DNA of 64,000 bases from Spirochaetota bacterium (lineage in GTDB: Bacteria > Spirochaetota > UBA4802 > JAFGDQ01). Location of the stretch: NCBI GenBank assembly GCA_043803405.1, contig JAZDKB010000006.1:64001-128000 (forward strand), written 5' to 3'. A program made the position numbers and the translations under genes. The notes beneath the pieces are model-generated. The model made no database searches, was not told the origin of the DNA, and saw only the letters and a program-made list of their open reading frames with translations. Shown piece by piece: positions 38,184 through 49,246 of this stretch; the first letter of the stretch is position 1, and every line of letters starts with the position of its first letter.

Positions 38184-39521
38184 TTGATTATCTCGGACAA
38201 AAAACTGGACAATTCGAGAATGGAGCTGGTGATCGAAGTCCCGGAAGATAAAATTGGAACCGAATACCTGAAGGTTTTTGAAGGTTTCCGAAAAAACGCG
38301 AAAATTGACGGATTCAGAAAGGGGAAAGTGCCTCTGGATATTATAAAAAAACGGTTTAAAAACAATGCAGACGTGGAAGTTACCGAGAATATAGTAAAAA
38401 ATGCTTATATGGATGCGTTAAAAGAGAAAGAACTGTTCCCAATAAGCGAACCGGAAATTGATATAGAAAAACAAATTGAAGCTGAAAAACCCTTCAAATT
38501 CAGCATTAAATTCGACATTCCGCCTACAGTTGTTCTGGGCGGATATAAAAATATTTCAGTTAAGGAAAATGAGTGCAAAGTTTCTGATGCCGATATTGAT
38601 AAAGAAATTCAGTCGCTAAGAGAAAGGTATGCCACTATAACAAAAAGAGAGAAGGACGAACGGGCGGAGAAAGGCGATTATGTAAGGGCGGAAGTGACGC
38701 GCATCGATAATTTTGAAAAGCCCGGGGATGTTAAAGATAATCAGAAAAGCTTATCTTTAATACTAGGCAAAGCGCCTTCAGATACGTCTTTTGACGACGA
38801 CATTGTCGGCATGATAGTTGATGAACAGAAAGAAGTGACGAAAAAATATCCTAAAGATTTTCAGCAAAGTGATATTGCCGGCCAGAAAGTAAAATATCTG
38901 TTAAGAATCGTTGAGATAAGCAAGCTGACTTTGCCTGCGCTTGACGATGAATTTGCAAAAGATGTCGGACAATATAATTCGCTTGATGACCTGAAAACAA
39001 AGATCAAAGAAGAATTTGAAAGAATGGCCTCGGACAGGATCAAGAAAATTGTGCAGGATGAACTGCTAAAAAAAATAATAGAAGACAGCAAGTTTGATCT
39101 GCCAGAGTCAATGATAGCAAAGGAAATAGCTAATATGACATCCAAGGTGGAGTCCGGGATCGGATTAAAAAGCGGCGGAATCGAAGAATTATTTGCTAAC
39201 GGATCAATTAACAAAGACGAATTTACGAAAAAGATCCGTGAGGATGCGATCAATAACATAAAATCCACTCTTGTACTAATCGAAGTGGCAAAAGCTGAAA
39301 AAATTGAAGCTCCGGAAGATAAATATAAAGAAATAATCAGTTCTTATGCCGAAAGGTCAAAAAAGACTTTTGAGGAAATTGAAGAAATAGTTGAGCAAAA
39401 CGGATCTAAGGAAAATATTAAAAACGAATTGGTTTTAGGCAATTCCTATGATTTTCTTTATGCTAATGCCAATATAAAGAAACAAAAACCAATAACGCTT
39501 GAAGAACTGATGAAAATTTAA
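38184..39521 (+). CDS. tig: Trigger factor (TTG start)
   Basis: GFRKGKVP ribosome-binding motif, LDDEFAK; upstream of clpPX. Confidence 0.93.
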   Translation: MIISDKKLDNSRMELVIEVPEDKIGTEYLKVFEGFRKNAKIDGFRKGKVPLDIIKKRFKNNADVEVTENIVKNAYMDALKEKELFPISEPEIDIEKQIEAEKPFKFSIKFDIPPTVVLGGYKNISVKENECKVSDADIDKEIQSLRERYATITKREKDERAEKGDYVRAEVTRIDNFEKPGDVKDNQKSLSLILGKAPSDTSFDDDIVGMIVDEQKEVTKKYPKDFQQSDIAGQKVKYLLRIVEISKLTLPALDDEFAKDVGQYNSLDDLKTKIKEEFERMASDRIKKIVQDELLKKIIEDSKFDLPESMIAKEIANMTSKVESGIGLKSGGIEELFANGSINKDEFTKKIREDAINNIKSTLVLIEVAKAEKIEAPEDKYKEIISSYAERSKKTFEEIEEIVEQNGSKENIKNELVLGNSYDFLYANANIKKQKPITLEELMKI

Positions 39522-40014
39522 AAATCAGTTAAATCTGATTAATATTTTATTTAGTCGATATCCAGGGATAGTTATTCAGGGGTATTTATTTAAAATTACT
39601 GCTTTATTGTAATAGTCATTAAAAAAAGTTACCCGGTCTAAGTTTTTAATTTTATATTTTGTGATAAGCCCTGGAAAATCATGTAATTTCACTCTGTTGT
39701 ACTCCCTGAAATGAAGGATTTTTGTTAAATCAATCATTTTGCCGCCTTATTCAAAAATAAGATATTATACATTATAATTTTTTTCTTGAGGTTTACAGAT
39801 TAATTTATTATATTGTAATATAATACAGATATAAATGATATTAAGAAATTATTATTTGATTTTTACCCGAAGGGATTCCTTTAATTTGTTTAATCCGGAT
39901 AAGAAATACTGTTTTTCGATATAAAATTCAGTAATTATTAGCCCACAATTTGATAAGGAAATAAATAATATATCCCGAAAATAAAATCATAACAATTAAT
40001 GCGAGGTCATATAA

Positions 40015-40608
40015 ATGAGTTTAGTCCCGATTGTCGTAGAACAAACATCCAGAGGCGAAAGATCTTATGATATTTATTCGCGTTTATTAAAGGATAGAAT
40101 TATTATTTTAAGCGAGGCAATTGAAGACCATGTTTCCAGTCTCATAATTGCCCAGATGCTTTTTCTTGAAGCTGAGGATCCCAGCAAGGATATCTTTTTA
40201 TACATCAATTCTCCGGGCGGAGTTGTTACCTCCGGCCTGGCAATATATGATACGATGCAGTATATTAAGCCCGATGTAGCTACAATATGCATCGGACAGG
40301 CGGCGTCCATGGGATCGCTCCTTCTGGCAGCAGGCGCCAAAGGCAAACGCTCTTCTCTTCCAAATTCCAGGATTATGATTCATCAGCCCATGGGAGGTTT
40401 CCAGGGGCAGGCTTCCGATATTGCAATACAGGCCAAAGAAATATTAAAAATGAAGAAAAGGCTGAATGAAATATACGCTCATCATACAGGGCTCCCTTTT
40501 GAGAAGATCGAACAGGATGTTGACAGGGATTTTTTCATGACAGCCGAAGATGCAAAAGCCTATAACATTATCGATAAGGTTTTTGACAGAACTAACGAAA
40601 AAAAATAA
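40015..40608 (+). CDS. clpP: ATP-dependent Clp protease proteolytic subunit
   Basis: [32 protein letters not shown] motifs. Confidence 0.98.
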   Translation: MSLVPIVVEQTSRGERSYDIYSRLLKDRIIILSEAIEDHVSSLIIAQMLFLEAEDPSKDIFLYINSPGGVVTSGLAIYDTMQYIKPDVATICIGQAASMGSLLLAAGAKGKRSSLPNSRIMIHQPMGGFQGQASDIAIQAKEILKMKKRLNEIYAHHTGLPFEKIEQDVDRDFFMTAEDAKAYNIIDKVFDRTNEKK

Positions 40609-40619
40609 TAGGAGCGAAT

Positions 40620-41879
40620 ATGGCTTCCAAAAAAAAGGTTACAGTCAGCAAACTATCATGTTCCTTTTGCGGTAAAAACCAGAACATTGTAAAAAAACTT
40701 GTCGCCGGCCCCGGCGTTTATATATGCGATGAATGCATAGCGCTTTGTAATGAAATAGTGCTGGAAGAAAGCGATGTAAATAATTTCGATAAGAATTTCG
40801 GAGATCTGCCGAAACCAAAAGAAATAAACGATATTCTGAATGAATATATCATCGGACAGGACATTGCCAAAAAAATCCTTTCTGTTGCGGTTTACAATCA
40901 TTATAAAAGAATAGCCAGCAATCACAATTTAAAGAAGGACGATATTGAGCTCGAAAAAAGCAACATACTTTTAATCGGGCCCACAGGCACAGGCAAAACG
41001 CTTCTTGCCCAGACGCTTGCCAAGATTCTTAAAGTCCCGTTTGCCATTGCGGATGCCACATCGCTTACGGAAGCAGGTTATGTGGGCGAGGACGTTGAGA
41101 ATATCCTGCTCCGGCTGATTCAAAATGCAGACGGCGACATTAAGAAAGCGGAAGTCGGCATAATTTATATTGATGAAATCGATAAAATATCCAGAAAATC
41201 CGAGAATCCGTCAATAACAAGGGATGTCTCAGGCGAAGGTGTGCAGCAGGCTCTTCTGAAAATAATTGAAGGAACAGTAGCAAATGTCCCTCCCCAGGGC
41301 GGCAGAAAACACCCGCATCAGGAATTTATAACAATAGACACAAAGAATATACTTTTTATCTGTGGCGGAGCATTTGTAGGGCTGGAGAAGATTGTTCATG
41401 AAAGAATAGGGAATAAATCGCTCGGCTTTGGCGCGGATATAAAAACAATAAAGCAGGTTAAAGCCGGCGCATTATTCCATAGTATACATACTGAAGATCT
41501 TATAAAATTCGGGCTGATACCTGAATTTGTAGGCAGATTGCCGATCCTTGGAGTTCTGGATGAGCTCGGTAAAGATGCCCTGAAAGATATTCTTACAAAA
41601 CCGAAGAATGCGTTGCTTAAACAATACAAGAAAATATTTTCTTTCGAGGATGTTGAGTTGGAGTTCCAGAAAGAAGCTATTGAAGAAATTGCCCAGATCG
41701 CATATACTAAAGAATCAGGCGCCAGGGGCTTGAGAGCCGTACTGGAAAAGATAATGCTTGATATTATGTATGCCATTCCTTCCGAGGAAGGAATATCAAA
41801 AGTGATAATATCCCAGGATATGGTGCTGGGAAAAAGCAAAGCCAAAATAGTATACAGCAAGGAAGAGAAAACAGCTTAA
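40620..41879 (+). CDS. clpX: Clp protease ATP-binding subunit ClpX
   Basis: CSFCGK zinc finger, [26 protein letters not shown] motifs. Confidence 0.98.
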   Translation: MASKKKVTVSKLSCSFCGKNQNIVKKLVAGPGVYICDECIALCNEIVLEESDVNNFDKNFGDLPKPKEINDILNEYIIGQDIAKKILSVAVYNHYKRIASNHNLKKDDIELEKSNILLIGPTGTGKTLLAQTLAKILKVPFAIADATSLTEAGYVGEDVENILLRLIQNADGDIKKAEVGIIYIDEIDKISRKSENPSITRDVSGEGVQQALLKIIEGTVANVPPQGGRKHPHQEFITIDTKNILFICGGAFVGLEKIVHERIGNKSLGFGADIKTIKQVKAGALFHSIHTEDLIKFGLIPEFVGRLPILGVLDELGKDALKDILTKPKNALLKQYKKIFSFEDVELEFQKEAIEEIAQIAYTKESGARGLRAVLEKIMLDIMYAIPSEEGISKVIISQDMVLGKSKAKIVYSKEEKTA

Positions 41880-41962
41880 TTTTATATTTAGCAAAACGTG
41901 AGATTCATTGTTTATTTTTTGAATCGGATCGTTTAATTTAATTTTTTTTAAAGAGATATATA

Positions 41963-44416
41963 ATGAATAAAAGACAAATAGATTATGATAAAAGCGTACC
42001 TCTGATACCTTTAAGGGATGTCATTGTATTCCCGCATATGGTGATCCCTTTATTTGTAGGCAGAGAGAAATCGGTAAATGCCCTGGATGTGGCAATGAAG
42101 GGAGACAGACTTGTTGTACTTGCTACCCAGACTGATGCACAGGCTACAGTTCCTCAAAAGGAGGGCATTTACGAGGTCGGTACCATTTCCGAAATTCTGC
42201 AGCTTCTTAAACTGCCCGACGGTACTATCAAAGTGTTAATTGAAGGGCTGGGCAGGGTATTTATTTCAGATTACAGAGAAGAAAATAAGGATTATTTTGA
42301 GGTTTCCGTTAAGAACATAGAGAGATATGTTGAAACTGATGCGGAAGTTACAGCGTTAAAAAGAACGCTCCTGGATACATTCGGGAAATATATTAAATTA
42401 AATAAAAAAGTTCCCGAGGAAGCTTTGACAACTGTTTCCAGTCTGGAAGATCCGTCGCATTTGTCGGATGTTATTGCTTCCCATGTGAGCATTGCGCTTG
42501 ATTACAAACAGGCATTGCTCGAAATCGGAAATCCTAAGGAAAGGATTGAGAAGCTTATCAAGTACATTCAGGGTGAGATTGAAATATTATTAATTGAAAA
42601 GAAGATACAGGGCAAGGTTAAAAAGCAGCTTGAAAAGACCCAGAAAGAATATTATCTCAATGAGCAAATGAAGATAATGAAAAAAGAAATGGGTGCAGAC
42701 GATGCCGAGGACGAGGCTGAGGAATTAAAGAAATCCATTGAAGAAACCAAAATGAGCGCAGAGGCAAAGAACAAAGCGCTCAAGGAATTTAAGCGTCTTG
42801 AGAAAATGCCTCCCATGTCTGCTGAATCTGCCGTTGTAAGGACTTACATAGAATGGCTGAGGGATGTGCCATGGCACAAGAAAACTCACGACAACAGCGA
42901 TATCGAAAAATCGAAGAATATTCTGAATGAAGATCATTACGGACTGGATGATGTCAAAGAGAGAATACTTGAATATATAGCGGTGCGGCACCTCTCAAAA
43001 AAATTACGTGGCCCTATACTTTGCTTTGTCGGGCCTCCGGGTGTCGGGAAAACGTCCCTTGGTAAATCTGTGGCAAGGGCGCTTGGACGCAAGTTCGTAA
43101 GAATGTCGCTCGGCGGAGTAAGGGACGAGGCCGAGATAAGAGGGCACAGAAGAACATATGTCGGCGCTCTTCCTGGCAGAATAATTCAGATGATGAAGAA
43201 AGCCGGGTCAATTAATCCCGTGTTTTTACTCGATGAGATAGATAAAATGTCGATGGATTTCAGAGGCGATCCTTCTTCCGCGCTTCTGGAAGTTCTTGAT
43301 CCGGAGCAGAACAACTCATTTGTTGATCACTATATGGAAGTGCCGTATAATCTTTCGGATGTAATGTTTATTACTACCGCGAATGTTCAGCATAATATCC
43401 CATTGCCCCTGCAGGACAGGATGGAAATAATTGAAATTTCGAGCTATACTGAACCGGAAAAGCTGAACATTGCAATGAAATTTCTTTTAAATAAACAAAT
43501 CACCGAAAACGGACTTCGCGAAGAGAACCTTGAGTTTCCGGAGGAAATGGTGCAGTTCATAATCAGGCATTACACAAGAGAAGCCGGAGTACGAAGCCTT
43601 GAAAGAGTTATTGCAAAGGTTTGCAGAAAAACAGCAAGAGAGGTAGTTAAAGAAGGAAAAGATTTTAAAAAGATAGTTACCGAGCAGGTTTTGCATGAAT
43701 ATCTCGGGCCTATTAAATTTAAGTACGGCATAAAAGAAGAGAAGAGCGAAGTGGGCCTTGCCAACGGACTGGCATGGACCGAGGTGGGCGGAGATGTGCT
43801 GCCGATCGAAGCGCTTATGGTTAAGGGCAAGGGCGATCTTACACTGACAGGAAAGCTTGGAGAAGTAATGCAGGAATCCGCGCACGCCGCATATACCTAT
43901 GTAAGGGCAAATCAGCAGTTCTTTAATATTAAGGAAGATTTAACAAGAAAGAACGATGTGCATCTGCATGTCCCCGAAGGCGCGATCCCGAAGGACGGCC
44001 CATCCGCAGGCATTACCATGGCTGTTGTTTTGGCGTCGCTTTTCAGCGGAATACCCGTGCGCCGCGATGTGGCAATGACAGGCGAAATCACTTTAAGAGG
44101 CAAAGTGCTGCAGATCGGCGGATTAAAGGAAAAAGTGCTGGCTGCTCACAGAGCTCACATGAAGCATATCATTATCCCAAAGGATAATCAGAAGGACATA
44201 GAAAAAATCCCGGAACATGTCAGAAAGGAATTGGTATTTCATCCGGTATCCACAATGGAGGAAGTTCTTTTTCTTTCTCTTGAGCATCCGGAGCGGTTCT
44301 TTATGGATCCGGAAAAGACGAAAATACTGAATGACAGATTCGGCGGAACTCTGATTGATTCAATGGAAAAAGACGGGCCCGACAGCTGGCATGACGGTAA
44401 AACCGTTAAAGTTTAG
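41963..44416 (+). CDS. lon: Lon protease
   Basis: GPPGVGKTS, PKDGPSAG, IGGLKEK motifs. Confidence 0.98.
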   Translation: MNKRQIDYDKSVPLIPLRDVIVFPHMVIPLFVGREKSVNALDVAMKGDRLVVLATQTDAQATVPQKEGIYEVGTISEILQLLKLPDGTIKVLIEGLGRVFISDYREENKDYFEVSVKNIERYVETDAEVTALKRTLLDTFGKYIKLNKKVPEEALTTVSSLEDPSHLSDVIASHVSIALDYKQALLEIGNPKERIEKLIKYIQGEIEILLIEKKIQGKVKKQLEKTQKEYYLNEQMKIMKKEMGADDAEDEAEELKKSIEETKMSAEAKNKALKEFKRLEKMPPMSAESAVVRTYIEWLRDVPWHKKTHDNSDIEKSKNILNEDHYGLDDVKERILEYIAVRHLSKKLRGPILCFVGPPGVGKTSLGKSVARALGRKFVRMSLGGVRDEAEIRGHRRTYVGALPGRIIQMMKKAGSINPVFLLDEIDKMSMDFRGDPSSALLEVLDPEQNNSFVDHYMEVPYNLSDVMFITTANVQHNIPLPLQDRMEIIEISSYTEPEKLNIAMKFLLNKQITENGLREENLEFPEEMVQFIIRHYTREAGVRSLERVIAKVCRKTAREVVKEGKDFKKIVTEQVLHEYLGPIKFKYGIKEEKSEVGLANGLAWTEVGGDVLPIEALMVKGKGDLTLTGKLGEVMQESAHAAYTYVRANQQFFNIKEDLTRKNDVHLHVPEGAIPKDGPSAGITMAVVLASLFSGIPVRRDVAMTGEITLRGKVLQIGGLKEKVLAAHRAHMKHIIIPKDNQKDIEKIPEHVRKELVFHPVSTMEEVLFLSLEHPERFFMDPEKTKILNDRFGGTLIDSMEKDGPDSWHDGKTVKV

Positions 44417-45161
44417 AATTGCTTTTCTTAAAATGCAGAATTATCTTGTTGGATATATCCCTGTAAGGCTCCAGTAATGAGTTTGAATACATAGCAATGA
44501 CCTGAAATTCATTTTTTTTCATAAAATGCTCAATCTCGTTGCAGGTAAAAGCTCGCATTATATGTTTGTCTTTTACTATTCTGCTTCCCGGAAAAATATA
44601 ATTGTAAGTCACTTTAACGATGGTTTGGGTTTGAAACTCCAGTAATTCGAAACCTCTTTCTCTTTTAATTATTTTATCGTTATATTTTATTTTGGATATA
44701 AAGGTTAACGGTTTTTCTTTAATTTTTCTGATAGGAACGGCATTCCATATTTCAAAAATGCCGATCCCGTCCGGTTTTAAGGCCTTCCAGGTATTTTGTA
44801 ATAATTTATTTATTTCCGAATCTTTAATCAGATAATCGACAGATCCGAAAAGCGAAATAATTATATCAAATTTTTCATAAAAATCGAATCTTCTCATATC
44901 TTCATTTAAAAAAATAAATGAATTATGAAATCTTGATCTTGAGATTTTATACATTTCTGAGCTGGAATCAATTCCTGTGCAATTGAATTCCAGTTTTGAA
45001 AGCAAGTCCAGATGTTCTCCGGTGCCGCAACCGAGGTCAAGCAGGGAAGGATTTTTTATATTCTTAGTTAAAGATTGAATCATACGAATATCATCATTGA
45101 TATTCCTGTTTTCATTTTCTATTGCGTAATAATATTCGGCAAGTTCATTATAAAGTTTCAT
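44406..45161 (-). CDS. Class I SAM-dependent methyltransferase
   Basis: LLDLGCGTGEH...GIDSS..M...EDMR...FDII...LKPDG. Confidence 0.9.
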   Translation of the reverse strand: MKLYNELAEYYYAIENENRNINDDIRMIQSLTKNIKNPSLLDLGCGTGEHLDLLSKLEFNCTGIDSSSEMYKISRSRFHNSFIFLNEDMRRFDFYEKFDIIISLFGSVDYLIKDSEINKLLQNTWKALKPDGIGIFEIWNAVPIRKIKEKPLTFISKIKYNDKIIKRERGFELLEFQTQTIVKVTYNYIFPGSRIVKDKHIMRAFTCNEIEHFMKKNEFQVIAMYSNSLLEPYRDISNKIILHFKKSNSKL

Positions 45162-45172
45162 TTAGCAGGATG

Positions 45173-46915
45173 TTAAACAAAAATATTCGGGAATTTTTCA
45201 GTCATATACGCAACCAGTTTTTTTGTAATTGCTTTGGAACTTTCTATTTTCATTAAGCTGGAAGCAAGTTCCTCGCATTCTTTAATTGTAACGGACCGGA
45301 TAATTCGTTTTATCAGATGCATTGAATTTGAGCTCATCGAAAAATTCCTGTAGCCCAGCCCTATTATAAGCATTGTGTATAATGGTTCACCTGCTATTTC
45401 ACCGCATATTGACAAGTGTGTGGAAGATTTTTGCGCGTTTTCGACAATAAGTTTTAAAAGTTTCAGCACCGCATGATTAAGCGGATTATAAAGATAGGCA
45501 ATGGATTCGTTTATTCTGTCAACTGCCAGAGTATATTGAACCAGATCGTTTGTTCCGACTGAAAAGAAATCGGAGTATTTTGCAAGATGATCGGAATCAA
45601 TTGCTGCGGATGGAACTTCGATCATGATCCCGATAGGTATATTTTCATTAAACGGCAAGCCATCTTTTTTTAACTGATTCATTGTTTCCTTGACAATCGT
45701 TCTTGCACTGATAATCTCTTCGACTGTAGATACCAGCGGAAACATCATTTTTGCATTACCATAATAGCTTGCTCTAAGAATTGCCCTTATCTGTGTTTTA
45801 AAGAGGTTTAAATTCTGCATGCAGAATCTTATCGCTCTGCAGCCTAAAAATGGATTTCTCTCCCTATATGTATTGCTGAAGGAGTATATCTTATCTCCGC
45901 CTATATCCAGGGTTCTAATAGTTACAGGCATAGGTTTGAAAAATTCCACAACTTTTTTGTATTCATTAAATTGTTTCTCTTCATCGGGCAATGATTTATC
46001 CAGGAAAAGAAATTCGGATCTGAATAGCCCAATTCCCTTTGCCCCATGTTCTTTTATAACATTAATTTCTTCCGGAAGTTCAATATTGCCGAATATTGAT
46101 ATTTCAACATCATCAAGCGTCATTGAAGGCAGATGAGTCATCTGGGCTAAATGTTTATCCAGTATCTTATATTCTTTTTCAACATTTTGGTAATGCTCGA
46201 TTTCTTCTTTTGAAGGTTTAATTATAACTTTTCCGTGAAAAGCATCTACAATAACAATATCGCCGTTTTGAACTTTTGAGGTACCCGTAAAGGTAGCCAC
46301 AATTGCCGGAATTTCCAGGGCTCTTGCCATAATTGCAGTGTGAGAAGTCCTGCCGCCTTTATCGGTAACGAATGCAAGCACAAATTTTTTATTCATAATG
46401 GCAGTATCTGAAGGCGTAATATCGGGAGCAAAGATTATCGCCTCCTTGTCAAGAGTAGATAGGTCGGCAGCATCGGTCATCAAAAGATTATTTATCAATC
46501 GTTTGTGTATATCGGAAAGATCAATTATTTTCTCTCTGAGATATTCGTCTTCAATAGAACTTATGCTTCTTGTAAGCTCAATAGAAATATCGTTTAAAAT
46601 CCATTCAACATTTCTTTTTTCTTTAATTATTTTTTCTCTTGCCTGTTCGGCAATCAAAGGATCCTCGAGTACCATCAAATGCGTTGAAAAGATATTTGCC
46701 AGATCTTTTGAAAGATAACCGGCAATCTGAATTTGAATTTCGTTAATTTGTGTTTTGGTCTTTTCAAGCGCTGCATTAAATCGCTCAATTTCTTTTTCTA
46801 CATCATTTTTATTTATTTTATACTTGGGTATGATTATATTGGAACCCATATATATATATGCTTTTCCGATTTTTATTCCGGGTGATGCACTTGTACCTTT
46901 AATAACTGTTGACAT
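45173..46915 (-). CDS. ptsI: PTS enzyme I (phosphoenolpyruvate-protein phosphotransferase)
   Basis: GGRTSHTAIMAR phospho-His motif; GIGLFRSE, RTLDIGGDK, SVGTNDL. Confidence 0.95.
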   Translation of the reverse strand: MSTVIKGTSASPGIKIGKAYIYMGSNIIIPKYKINKNDVEKEIERFNAALEKTKTQINEIQIQIAGYLSKDLANIFSTHLMVLEDPLIAEQAREKIIKEKRNVEWILNDISIELTRSISSIEDEYLREKIIDLSDIHKRLINNLLMTDAADLSTLDKEAIIFAPDITPSDTAIMNKKFVLAFVTDKGGRTSHTAIMARALEIPAIVATFTGTSKVQNGDIVIVDAFHGKVIIKPSKEEIEHYQNVEKEYKILDKHLAQMTHLPSMTLDDVEISIFGNIELPEEINVIKEHGAKGIGLFRSEFLFLDKSLPDEEKQFNEYKKVVEFFKPMPVTIRTLDIGGDKIYSFSNTYRERNPFLGCRAIRFCMQNLNLFKTQIRAILRASYYGNAKMMFPLVSTVEEIISARTIVKETMNQLKKDGLPFNENIPIGIMIEVPSAAIDSDHLAKYSDFFSVGTNDLVQYTLAVDRINESIAYLYNPLNHAVLKLLKLIVENAQKSSTHLSICGEIAGEPLYTMLIIGLGYRNFSMSSNSMHLIKRIIRSVTIKECEELASSLMKIESSKAITKKLVAYMTEKFPNIFV

Positions 46916-47094
46916 TTATTTATCCTGCTATTTTAATATAGCTTAGCAAGTAATACATGTAACATACCGACATAAAATAATGCAAGGATTTTATTCATTG
47001 AATAACTAACGGTTTAAAACAGCCAAATATTCAGGGTATTGTTTGTATCATTTTTAATATTTTATACTTTATTATTTATTGCCAGTATTAAATT

Positions 47095-47829
47095 ATGCAA
47101 AAGAAGTTCAATATTATTTTAATAAGAAGGATAAGTTATATATTTATTATTTTGTTTTCTTTTTATTTTTCTGCATTATGTAAAATGACAGGGGAAAATG
47201 AATTGGAAAAAGCAAGAGAAATAATGGTAAAAAGGCAGATTGAAGCCAGAGGTGTTAAGGATGCAAGGGTCCTGAATGCCATGCGAAAAGTTGAAAGACA
47301 TAAATTCATGTCCGGGCGGAATATTGATGAGGCTTATGATGATTATCCAGTGCCTATAGGGCATGGCCAGACAATTTCTCAGCCTTATATTGTAGCATTG
47401 ATGACTGAGTTATGCAGGTTAAAAGGCAATGAAAAAGTCCTTGAAATAGGCACAGGATCAGGTTATCAGGCCGCCGTCTTATCGCTTCTTGCCGTGGAGA
47501 TTTATACAATTGAAATAGTCGAAGCTCTTGGAAAAAGCGCGGCACAAAAACTTAAAGATCTTAACTATAACAATGTCCACGTAAGAATAGGGGACGGTTA
47601 TAATGGATGGCCGGAGAAAGCGCCGTTTGACGTTATTATATTAACTGCCTCTCCGCCGGAAATACCTCAAACGCTGCTTGATCAGTTAAAGGATGGAGGA
47701 ATACTGGTCGCGCCTACCGGAGATTATCATCAGGAGCTCGTCAGAGTTGAAAAAAATAACGGCAAGTTTGCAAAAGAAACTATAACGTATGTAAGATTTG
47801 TCCCGATGATTCACGGAAAAGAAAAATAA
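47095..47829 (+). CDS. pcm: Protein-L-isoaspartate O-methyltransferase
   Basis: GQTISQPYIVA, VLEIGTGSGYQAA, GWPEKAPFD, VRFVPM motifs. Confidence 0.95.
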   Translation: MQKKFNIILIRRISYIFIILFSFYFSALCKMTGENELEKAREIMVKRQIEARGVKDARVLNAMRKVERHKFMSGRNIDEAYDDYPVPIGHGQTISQPYIVALMTELCRLKGNEKVLEIGTGSGYQAAVLSLLAVEIYTIEIVEALGKSAAQKLKDLNYNNVHVRIGDGYNGWPEKAPFDVIILTASPPEIPQTLLDQLKDGGILVAPTGDYHQELVRVEKNNGKFAKETITYVRFVPMIHGKEK

Positions 47830-47859
47830 TATTTTTTTATTTATTTGTAAATAATAAAA

Positions 47860-48759
47860 ATGAACAACGAGTCTTTATTTGATAGAATTAATGAAGGCAT
47901 TTTGGAAGAGAGATATCGCGCCTTTAATATCAATTTGGAGAAAAATATTGATCTAATCCGAAAATCCGGAGGTCTTAGAGAAGTTTTAGCGGATTTTAAA
48001 AACAAACATGTAATTGTTGCAGGAGCTGGCCCCTCAATTCAAAATAATATTGAAATTTTAAAAAAATATCAATACAGAGAAGAGCTTATTATAATATCCA
48101 CAGATATGGCTTTGCTTCCTTTATATAACAAAGATATTTTTCCGAAATACGTAATCAGCTGCGAAACTACCCCTGTTGATTATTTCAGTAATATTAATAC
48201 TGAAAATATGCATCTTTTGGCATTCAGCTGCATGTCCAATACAAATTTACGAAAATGGAAAGGTAAAATCAGTTTTTATAACTGGATGATTCATAATGAA
48301 ATGTATAATAAATTATGGATGAAAGCCGGGTATGACCTGGGTTTTGTTGGAACGGGCAGTATTGTAACAACACAGGCAATTTCGCTGGCATTGGGATGTG
48401 ATATCAATTCTTTAATGCTTATTGGGAACGATATGGGTTTTAGAACGGAATATTATATCAGAGATACAGTTGTATATCATACGAATCTCTGGAAAACCGA
48501 CAGGACCACCTCCTTGGAAAGAATCGAGATGAATAATTCGCGTAAAAGGCGGGAATTTAAAATATTCAGAGGGGATAAACTTTATTATACCAATAACCAA
48601 TTCTTAGCTGCTAAAACCTGGCTAGAGGATTTATTTAAACGCGTTAATAAAACTGTATATGAGGCAAATGAACTGGGATGTTCCCCGCAATTCGTACAAA
48701 AAATATCGCTAAAAAAATATTTAGAAAGATTAAATAAAAGGTCTGTTAAAAGGAGATAA
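47860..48759 (+). CDS. DUF115 / Maf (MptE-like) motility-associated factor protein
   Basis: VIVAGAGPSI...STD..L...P.YV...GS.V...LIGNDMGF. Confidence 0.75.
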   Translation: MNNESLFDRINEGILEERYRAFNINLEKNIDLIRKSGGLREVLADFKNKHVIVAGAGPSIQNNIEILKKYQYREELIIISTDMALLPLYNKDIFPKYVISCETTPVDYFSNINTENMHLLAFSCMSNTNLRKWKGKISFYNWMIHNEMYNKLWMKAGYDLGFVGTGSIVTTQAISLALGCDINSLMLIGNDMGFRTEYYIRDTVVYHTNLWKTDRTTSLERIEMNNSRKRREFKIFRGDKLYYTNNQFLAAKTWLEDLFKRVNKTVYEANELGCSPQFVQKISLKKYLERLNKRSVKRR

Positions 48760-48760
48760 A

Positions 48761-48961
48761 ATGATAACTTTGCATAAGTTTAATGGAGACGAATTTGTCC
48801 TGAATGCCAGTCAAATAGAAGTGATTGAAAAAACGCCGGATACTATTATAACTCTTATGAATGATAAAAAATTTATTGTAAAAGAAAGTATGGAGGAAGT
48901 TATAAATCGTTCGATCGATTATTACCACCGGATCCATACAGGTGAGAAATTTAATGAATAG
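48761..48961 (+). CDS. flbD: Flagellar protein FlbD
   Basis: MITLHKFNGDEFVLNASQIEVIEKTPDTIITL. Confidence 0.92.
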   Translation: MITLHKFNGDEFVLNASQIEVIEKTPDTIITLMNDKKFIVKESMEEVINRSIDYYHRIHTGEKFNE

Positions 48962-49246
48962 AAGTGTTGCTGATTCATAAATCCGTTTTAATGTATTTTT
49001 CTCTGAAAAGAACCGGGGGAATTGAAAGAATAATAAGACATAATCCTTTGAAATAAACTTAAACAAAAAAAAATTATTGACAAACTCGAAAGAATATAAT
49101 ATCTGTCTGATGAATATATAAATTAATCTGCTTATTTTAAACAGATAAGCTTAATTATTTTGTTATTAATCTAGCAGTTTTATCCTGATTGTATGGTCAT
49201 TTATTGTTAAATTAATAATCTTAACGGTATTTCCTGGTAGAAAAAT

